Part shown: positions 55,929 through 64,000 of the stretch, piece by piece
Numbering within the stretch: position 1 is the first letter of the stretch
Layout: every line of letters begins with the position of its first letter
Origin: Octopus vulgaris
Lineage: Eukaryota
Assembly: GCA_951406725.2 (NCBI GenBank)
Contig: OX597833.1
Location: 72,602,001 to 72,666,000 of the forward strand
Reading direction: 5' to 3'
Length of the DNA: 64,000 bases
Translations under genes and position numbers: made by a program
Notes under the pieces: model-generated
Databases searched by the model: none
Seen by the model: only the letters and a program-made list of their open reading frames with translations
Told to the model about the DNA's origin: nothing

Positions 55929-56936
55929 CTTGTTTCAAAAAGGATTAAAAATAGCAAAAGAAAAAAAAAAGGTAACAAAAAGTAACAAAAAGCAAATAAA
56001 GAAAATAATATGATCGAATGGTTCAAGAAGTTTACCCCGTTACCGTCTGCTTGTCTGATGGCAACAGATAAGAATTACAATGGGGCTCGAAGCGATGTTA
56101 TTTACCTTTGGAAGCGCAACTTTCCAATGAATCGGGGACAAGCATAATAATAACAGAGACCAGGAATTGCCAACAGATTTGATTAAAAAAAAAACCCGCA
56201 TGTATTTTTTACGGTCAAGAGTTGCCTCAACCCACATTTCTGTTATAATTCCTGAAAAGGAGACAATTTCCACAGGGTTTTGCTCGCTGAAGTGGGTTGA
56301 TTGCTATCGATGAGTCGAGTTGGTATTTTCTCAGGAATTCTCCCGAAATTCGGCTGATTGGTCGGTAAAACTGTTTCAGGTAGAAAAACAGCCTTGAAAA
56401 CGAATCTTTCGGGAGTGACACATAGTAGCCTTGAAGGAAGTATGCGGCTCGCGAGCCGCAGTTTGGCCACTGTTATTATACACAATATTAGTCATTGAGA
56501 TAAAAATTGTTTCTTCTTAATTATTTGTTCATTAAAAAATAATTAATTACGACAGGAACAGTCGTAATTAATACCATACCGGAGGTAATATACATCTTCC
56601 GCTTAAAACAGATTGTGTTAGAATACATAATACTGCGCCATTTACTTCGGGAGAACCTCTCATATAGACTCGTGGTGCATATAGGCATTCTGGTTTATAG
56701 CATTGGCGGGTGATAACCGTCCTCTAGGCGCTGGAACTTCCAAATCTCGTCCAGCTGGAAATAGCAGCCGATTCCCACCCACACACCTGTCAGCGATATA
56801 TAGAATCTCAATGTCTGGTGTCGGGAACAGCCAGTGAACTTATTAAAAAAATAATTAACAGCCGGTGTACTGGCTACATTAAGTATGGTAACGCATATCT
56901 AACGATCCTTTTTTAATTATGGTAACGTATACTTGC

Positions 56937-57082
56937 CACAATTGTTGTTCCGTTGCCCTTCGGTGACACTTTGATACCAATGTGTGTACCATTCTCTGGA
57001 ACCTTTCTCTTAATTTCCGTCTCTTTTATAGTTGAGTTCGTGGAATTACTCGGAATATCAGGAATTTCAATTGTAGATTTAG
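56937..57082 (-). CDS. Post-VWA linker exon, probable GC donor
   Basis: ttttacag|CT, 146 nt open frame AKSTIEIPDIPSNSTNSTIKETEIKRKVPENGTHIGIKVSPKGNGTTIV, ending GTG|gcaagt in phase 0. Confidence 0.75.
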
Positions 57083-57575
57083 CTGTAAAAGAACAAACGC
57101 GAAAGCATGAGTGCAGGGGGACGGTGTTCGTAAACCGCATTATATTGGTAGTCTGACATACATACATACATACATACATACATACACACACATACACACA
57201 TACATACATACATACATACATACATACATGCATGCATACATACATACATACATACATACATACATACATACATACATACATACATACATACATACACACA
57301 TACTTATTTCGCTTAGGTACAGCGATAACACTAATTCGGTCTCGGACCTCAATATGCGAATGCTTCAGACTAAAGCAGCAACGAGTACAGAGTGGAATAT
57401 GAAATTAAATGACAAAAGAACAGGAAATCACATAATCAACTCATAAGTGCCAGCTTCCTTGGATTCAGGGACGTAAATATGCCCAACCCTTGCGAACACA
57501 ACGGATCGCTCGGTCCAGGGATCGAAACCACAGCCTTAACCACTAAGTGTAACACCCTTAACCACTAAGCTTCCG

Positions 57576-57658
<83 letters not shown>

Positions 57659-57672
57659 TATATATGTATATG

Positions 57673-57704
<32 letters not shown>

Positions 57705-57709
57705 TATTT

Positions 57710-58114
57710 AATGAAATGGATAAATGAATTATCTTGTTACGGATTATTCAAAATTTAACCGATACCTGTGTAGCAAAAATCACACCAGAAAAGACACGGT
57801 TGAGGTTACGACCGTGGGGTTTCGCCCCCGTGCTTTAGCGCGGATAATTGAAGTCAACCACTCTGACGTCAGCGCACATTGAGAGACAGTTTTGTGCCAT
57901 TTTTACCATGGGCTCCTAGGGAGCGTTTTGTTCGAAAAGCTTGCTGCGCATTTGTTTTGAGATTTTAAATTCCTGGATTTTCCTGAAGAGAAAGCTGCAG
58001 AATGGTCTCCTTATTCAATCCGAATTTGGGAATTTGCAGCCTTTGAAACATGTGTAGAAAATAATAAAAAGGAATTTGGTAGAATCTTTGTTCGACTCCA
58101 TTTCTTCCCTTCAC

Positions 58115-58117
<3 letters not shown>
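57710..58117 (+). mobile_element. Penelope-like pLTR-type repeat in (TA)n, intronic
   Basis: Homologous to 11043-11340; (TA)n on both flanks; intact hammerhead motif. Confidence 0.7.
57977..58062 (+). ncRNA. Type-I hammerhead ribozyme (best-preserved copy)
   Basis: attttc-CTGAAGA-gaaagctgcaga...tttgcagccttt-GAAAC-ATGT-GTA-gaaaat; perfect 6-bp stem I, long stem II, GUA cleavage triplet (predicted cut after 58056). Confidence 0.8.
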
Positions 58118-58172
<55 letters not shown>

Positions 58173-58237
58173 TATATACACATATATATATATGTATATG
58201 TGTATATATATATGTATATATATATATATATATATAT

Positions 58238-58315
58238 AAGTAATGTTTGTAGCTACTTCAGCATGGCTGTCCGTTCGAACGGACAGCCATGTAAATGTGG
58301 CTACGAATATTACTT
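58238..58315 (+). other. 78-nt hairpin
   Basis: aagtaatgtttgtagctac/gtggctacgaatattactt outer stem (3 G.U pairs), 5x5 internal loop, perfect 30-nt palindrome catggctgtccgttcgaacggacagccatg. Confidence 0.85.
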
Positions 58316-58522
58316 GTCAGTACAACTACTGCGTTGATCTCTTACAGAGATTGTAGAACTAGCATCTTTGCATATATATATATATAAACAAACCCGAAGG
58401 CTGTGAATTAGGGAGGAGAGCGACTCACATAGGTCCTTTTTGATAATAACTATAGTTATATATGATTTACAATAGTACATGCTCCATTTAAAGCGACTAA
58501 ACCTAAAGAATTGACGGAAAGA

Positions 58523-58570
<48 letters not shown>

Positions 58571-58637
58571 TATACACACATATATATGTATATATATGTG
58601 TGTATATATATGCATACATATATACATACATATATAC

Positions 58638-58675
<38 letters not shown>

Positions 58676-58885
58676 GCACAGACATGCACACACACACACA
58701 CAAACACACATATATGCATACACACGCACACAGACGCACACACTCACACGCACATACATCCATTCACATATATGTACGCATATTTCAAGCCGAGTGTCAA
58801 TGTCCAACATGTGAATTATGATTTAAACGAATCCCCCAAAAGTTAAAAAAAGAGGCGAAAACGATTGATATGCATCGATACGAAC

Positions 58886-59092
58886 CTCCGCAAGCGTTCT
58901 TGATCAACTCGTGAAGGAAGTTGTCCATGTCGTCGAACGTAGCAAGGGAGAAAACTCGACTGCACGTTCCCGCCACCTGTAACAGTTCGGTTCGATCCAC
59001 ATTACTGCCGACTCCGACAGAAAAGATTTCAATTCCCTGTTGTTTGGCGATATTGGCAGCTGCCACTGTCTGAGCCCGGTTATTTGATTGAC
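58886..59092 (-). CDS. VWA domain exon (C-terminal part)
   Basis: tgcacag|GT...GAG|gttcgt, 207 nt. GQSNNRAQTVAAANIAKQQGIEIFSVGVGSNVDRTELLQVAG...ELIKNAC continues the VWA fold in frame. Confidence 0.93.
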
Positions 59093-59614
59093 CTGTGCAG
59101 AAGAACAAAGAAAAAAAACAGCAATGTTAACAGATGTAAATTTGGGAAGATAGATTGAATTAAAAGTGATAAAAATAATAATTGTCGATGATTTAGACCA
59201 GGGGTGGGGAAACTCCTGCTCGTGGGCAAAATTCCGCCCGCAAGCACATTTCATTGCGCTCGCAGACTGATATACTCGTATGTTCAAAATATAATAAATC
59301 TTTCAATTATCAAATCCATACAATACTCGTCTGCCTATCTGCGACATAAGTCGGGTTTCGACTTCGAATCAAAACGGTCAGACTCGAACTGAAAATCGTC
59401 CACTAATTACCATTTGAATGGGAATTTTGTTTCCACTACAAAACACATATTGCTAGGTGTGTACTACCCACTTCAAACCCGACTACACTCTAGCGGAAAG
59501 CAGAGTACCTCGTAAGTAATATAAACGTCCCAAATTCAGTGGCGGCGTTGATGACGATGTTAATTTAATATGTTAAACTTATGTTTATTAATGTATATCG
59601 AATTTATACACAGA

Positions 59615-60128
59615 CTAGCAGTATCGCCCGGCGTTGCTCGGGTTTGTAAGGGAAATAACTATATAAGCATTTTTAGAGAGTTTCTTCCCTTATAGATGCC
59701 AATTCGGGCTTTCCTAGCCATTTCTGTTTTGGTGTCTTCAAGCCATGAAGTCGTTGTTCTAAAAGAACGCTGGTCTCCTTGACAACGCTTTACGACGTTG
59801 ATTTCCTTACACTCCCTTCCCCACAGCTTTCACGAGGGAGGGAAGAAGGGGAGAAGCAACACAGGTGCAGGTGTGACCGTGGACGCCAACTCCGCCGCCA
59901 TCGACACACGAAAAATTATGCATTAAAATGGAATAAAAAATGATGTTAAATTATTTTTAAAATCGTAGACTCATCGTAGACGCGCGCTAATATTCAGACG
60001 GGCTCGATATGAATCACGACTATAAGATACCCGAATTTGGTTAAACTGCACCGCAAAATGTGGGAGGAGTTAGGAATCTAAATCGAAGGGGACAGACACT
60101 CACACAACTACAGTTTTATATATATAGA
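59615..60128 (-). mobile_element. Non-autonomous Helitron, copy 2 (intronic)
   Basis: Reverse complement of 36711-37223 with few differences; A|TC...CTAG|T termini. Confidence 0.88.
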
Positions 60129-61802
60129 TGTATACAAGATTTACACGGGTATAATGGTTAGAACTTGTGATCCGCCTGCGGACCTTTGTCTTTGGAAATT
60201 TTTACCCGCCGCACTAACAAGTTGCCCCATCCCTGATTTAAGTAGAAGGCCAGCAATTTGAAGGGGAAGGGACTTAGTCGATGAAATCGATCCCTACTAC
60301 GTCAGGAGTTTATTGTCATCAAAGTTGAACTCGACAGAATTTGAACTTAGAACATAAAGCGTTGAAAGAAATGCCCCTCCCCCCCAAGAAACGTTATCGA
60401 TTTTGCCAAGGCACAAGGCTTGGAATTTTGGGGGAGGAAGATGGTCGATTAGGTCGACCCCAGTGCGCAACTGGTACTTATTTCATCGATTCCGAAAGGA
60501 TGAAAGACAAAGTCGACTTCGGCGGAATTTGAACTCAGAACATAAAGACAGACAAAACACCGCAAAGCATTTGTTTCTTTGTAATGAGTGTTTGATAAAA
60601 ATAAAAACATCGAGGACAGTTCAGGGCGATGCAGTTTGGGATTAAAAGTATGTAACAAAAAGTAGAATAACAGAAACAAAGAAACAAACAAACAAAAAAA
60701 GAAATAAAATAAAAATAACAATATGGACTAATTACCCCCTCCAAATGGGATTGAGCCAAAAGCCCTTCATGCAAACCTCACAAAACTACCGTCTTCCTGA
60801 CCTCAAAGGCAATTATCCTCTCTCTCAGTTATCATCCTTGAATTCTCAGTCAAGGTCCGCTCCCTCAAGCCATACCCACTACTCTCATCTACCATTTAAT
60901 TAATTAATTAAGGCAGAACCTCCCTCTCCGTCCTCACTTTCCTCTGGAATGAAACTAGAAAAAGTTGATGAGGGTTAAGCCCAAAACGAACGAGTCTGTC
61001 ATCAGCCCTTTCAGTTGCGTTCAAAACACAACCTTTTTCGCCAAAGCGAACAGATAAAGATGACCCCCCCCCCTCTCGTTGCCCATATTTTGTACTGCAA
61101 CAATCGACTCGTTCAATTTTGAATTTCATCCTTTTTGGAGTCGGTAAAATGAAAACTAATCAAGTTATAGTATCGATTTAATCGATTATCCCCCTTCAGA
61201 CCAAATGTGAAGCTTTGTGTGGTTGACAGAAGTTATTTCCTAGCAGCGTAGGACAGCGTAGGACAGCGCTAGCAACGGAGATGGTAAGAGGCACTCGTTG
61301 CATTTAGTCACCTCTAAAAATATGAATTGTATTCTCGGCGAAGCGAACTCAATTTTCCTTGGTTTTCAAGTCGATGAAATAACTAGTGACACCGAAGAGA
61401 TTATTTCAGGTTTTCTTAAAAATTTTAAAATTCTTTGGACGCCATCAAAATACATTTCTCGCTGGTATAAATAAACTTTCTTAAATGGATAAAGAAATTC
61501 AAAAGTGGCAGAACGCCTGTCAAGTTTACTGGACAGCTTTCGACATTTTGTATCCGAAAATGTTTGAAACCCATTATTTATAGTTTTATCTGCTTCGAGA
61601 TTCACTGTTCCAAAAAAGAACAGACAGTGCGTCTGTCCTTTGTCAATATTTATTGGTTTTAAGTACTTGGACATTTCTGAAACGAATTTTGCCAATAACA
61701 AGAAAATACTTTTGTTAAGCAACAAGAAAACTATTACGTAGTTGCTCCATCTGCGAGAAGTAAATATAGTCAAGTATCTCTAAAATTTTATTCACTTTTC
61801 TG

Positions 61803-62250
61803 TCGTGGTTGTGTGGTTAAGAGACTCGCTTTGCAAATATGAGTTTTCGGGTTCGGTTACACTACGCGGCACCTTGGTCAAGTGTCTTTGAACTATAACC
61901 CTTGGCCGACGAATTTAAGAGACGGAAACTCAGTAGAAGTCCGCTGTATATATATGTGTGTGTGTGTGTGTGCATGTGTGTGTGTGTGCACGCGCGCGCG
62001 TAGATGTATGCGTGCGTGCGTGCGCGTATGTGCGTGTATATATGTATATATGTTTTACTATTGCTTACAATCGGTCTTGGTTTGTTTACGTCCCCGTAAC
62101 TTAACTACTCGGCAAAAGGGTCCGATAGAATAAGTAAGAAATAATTAAAAATAGTATAAGTACTGCGGTTGATTTGTTCAGCTAAGACCCTTTCAAGGCG
62201 GTGCCCCAGCATGGCCGCAATCCAATGACTAAAACAAGGAAGTGATAAAT
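61803..62250 (+). mobile_element. Full-length tRNA-derived SINE with internal (GT)n, intronic
   Basis: A/B-box-like head, caccttggtcaagtgtc core, and tail aaggcggtgccccagcatggccgca...atgactaaaacaag shared with about 40000-40360, 5400-5510 and 20290-20350 (minus). Confidence 0.75.
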
Positions 62251-62337
62251 GGAAATTAAAAGTTAAGAATTAATAAAGACGGTAAAATTAATGTATTTTC
62301 TGTGGTGGGTGGTTAAGGGTTAGGGTTTCCTACTTAC

Positions 62338-62694
62338 CATCTGTTACAAGAACCAAAACCCTGGGGGCATCCTTCTTGGGTTTGGCACCATTACTCGGGT
62401 TGAAAACATTGTTGACGACAGTGTTGATTCCAGCGGCCGTTTCTGTGCCTCCGCTATCGTAGCCCATGGTCCGGATCTTCTGAATCATTTGACTTTTGCT
62501 GGTGAAAGCATTCAAGTAAAAGAGCACTTTGGCTGTGCTACTAAAAGTGGTAACAGACACCCGGAACTGGCCGGGAGATATTGGCAGCCGGTTGATGGAC
62601 TTCTCCAGAAACTGCTTCACTTTGTTGTAGTTGGCTTGTCCAACACTTCCCGATTCATCCAGAAGAAATACAAGATCCGTCGGCTTCTCACAGC
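62338..62694 (-). CDS. VWA domain exon (N-terminal part)
   Basis: tttcag|GC...ATG|gtaagt, 357 nt. Translates CEKPTDLVFLLDESGSVG...FRVSVTTFS...GGTETAAGI...PRVLVLVTDG, the canonical VWA MIDAS DxSxS...T...D. Confidence 0.95.
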
Positions 62695-62795
62695 CTGAAA
62701 TAAGACGATTCCTATGTCAGACAATGAGAAAAAAGGGTGTGGCGGAGGGTGGGGTGGGGGATACGACACTGCGTTGGGATTCCATTCCATAATAA

Positions 62796-62835
<40 letters not shown>

Positions 62836-63340
62836 CTCCTCACTCAAAATTTCTCAATGCATCCCCTATTTCTCTTTCTAACCCATATACACACACACAT
62901 ACATACATTCACACATACACACATGCATACACACATACATACATACATACATACACACATACACACACACACATACATACACACATACATACATACATAC
63001 AAAAATACCCTGATGATGTTGCTGAAATTGTAATGAAGGAGCCTTGGATCAAGGTTAGAAACCAGCTCTTTCTCTATCGGCAAGAAATCTTGAAATAAAA
63101 CTGAATAATGACATACATACAGAAATACACACATACAGACACACACACATAGATACATACATACATACATACAAGCAGATATACATACGTACATACACAC
63201 ATTCATGTATACATATATACATACATACACACACACATCCATTCATGCACATACACATACATACACACATGTACACACGCATACACACAGATACATACAC
63301 ACATACACACGTATACAGATAGATATACAAACAAACTTAC

Positions 63341-63626
63341 TGACTGACACTCGATTCGCTGCTTCTTTGAACTTGTTGTTGTTATTGGTGACCCCTGGAT
63401 GGAAGTAATGTTGCCAGATGCTTTCTTGGCTGGCCGCATCCCCGGCAATGGGTTTGCCGCGCAGTTGCAGGTACAGGTAAGTCGCTAAGCCGGAATACAA
63501 AGGTTTCATCAGATCCGACCATTTGGTCTGTGACCAGTTGATGTTGAATGTTTGCCGAATCTTTTGGCAAGGTGCAGCCAACACGCCGCTGCAAGGTCTT
63601 ACGGCATTGTACTGCTTTTCGGTGAT
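63341..63626 (-). CDS. VWA/chitin-binding protein gene, first exon visible in the window (N-terminal uncharacterised helical domain; start codon outside the window)
   Basis: Acceptor ...cttctctag|ATC and donor A|gtaagt. 286 nt open frame ITEKQYNAVRPCSGVLAAPCQKIRQTFNINWSQTKWSDLMKPLYSGLATYLYLQLRGKPIAGDAASQESIWQHYFHPG...; phase 0 in, phase 1 out, compatible with the next exon. Confidence 0.85.
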
Positions 63627-63629
63627 CTA

Positions 63630-63680
63630 GAGAAGAAGAAGAAGAAGAAGAAGAAGAAGAAGAATATGATGATAATTATG

Positions 63681-63748
<68 letters not shown>

Positions 63749-63910
63749 AAGAAGAAGAAGAAGAAGAAGAAGAAGAAGAGAAGAGAAGAAGAAGAAGGAA
63801 AAGAAGAAAAAGAAGAAGAAGAAGAAGAAGAAGAAAAGAAGAAGAAGGAAAAGAAGAAGAAGAAGAAGAAGAAGAAGAAGAAGAAGAAGAATAATATGAT
63901 GATAATTATG

Positions 63911-63941
<31 letters not shown>

Positions 63942-64000
63942 GAAGAAGAAGAAGAAGAAGAAGGAGAAGAAGAAGAAGAAGAAGAAGAAGAAGAAGAAGA
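63630..64000. repeat. (AAG)n/(AAT)n compound microsatellite
   Basis: Directly visible; abuts the splice acceptor at 63627. Confidence 0.99.

Noticed and set aside
62311-62328. TTAGGG telomere-like motif
   Set aside because: Only about two imperfect units, within an intron.
63005-63110. CTGATGA...GAAA near 63010 as a hammerhead
   Set aside because: No convincing stems II/III or cleavage triplet; more likely a retroelement 3' UTR.

Overview
Eukaryotic, AT-rich window saturated with microsatellites. The repeat repertoire (tRNA-derived SINEs, RTE, Tx1, Penelope-like elements, Tc1/mariner, Helitron) resembles coleoid cephalopod (Octopus-like) DNA; the taxon is inferred from recognition, not from a search. 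Almost all ORFs in the supplied track are microsatellite artefacts. One well-supported spliced gene lies on the minus strand. Seven phase-compatible coding exons (63626 to 53876, 641 aa, 5' end outside the window) encode an uncharacterised helical N-terminal domain, a MIDAS-intact VWA domain, a beta-rich linker and three 4-Cys chitin-binding-type-2-like repeats; one intron is probably GC-AG. There is also a candidate orphan first coding exon on the plus strand at about 13.95 kb. The most notable non-coding signals are four minimal type-I hammerhead-ribozyme motifs in Penelope-like repeats, a G.U-rich 78-nt hairpin, a tail-to-tail pair of Tx1 LINE fragments and two near-identical Helitrons. I see no CRISPR or prokaryote-type system, and I cannot claim a wholly new system from sequence alone.
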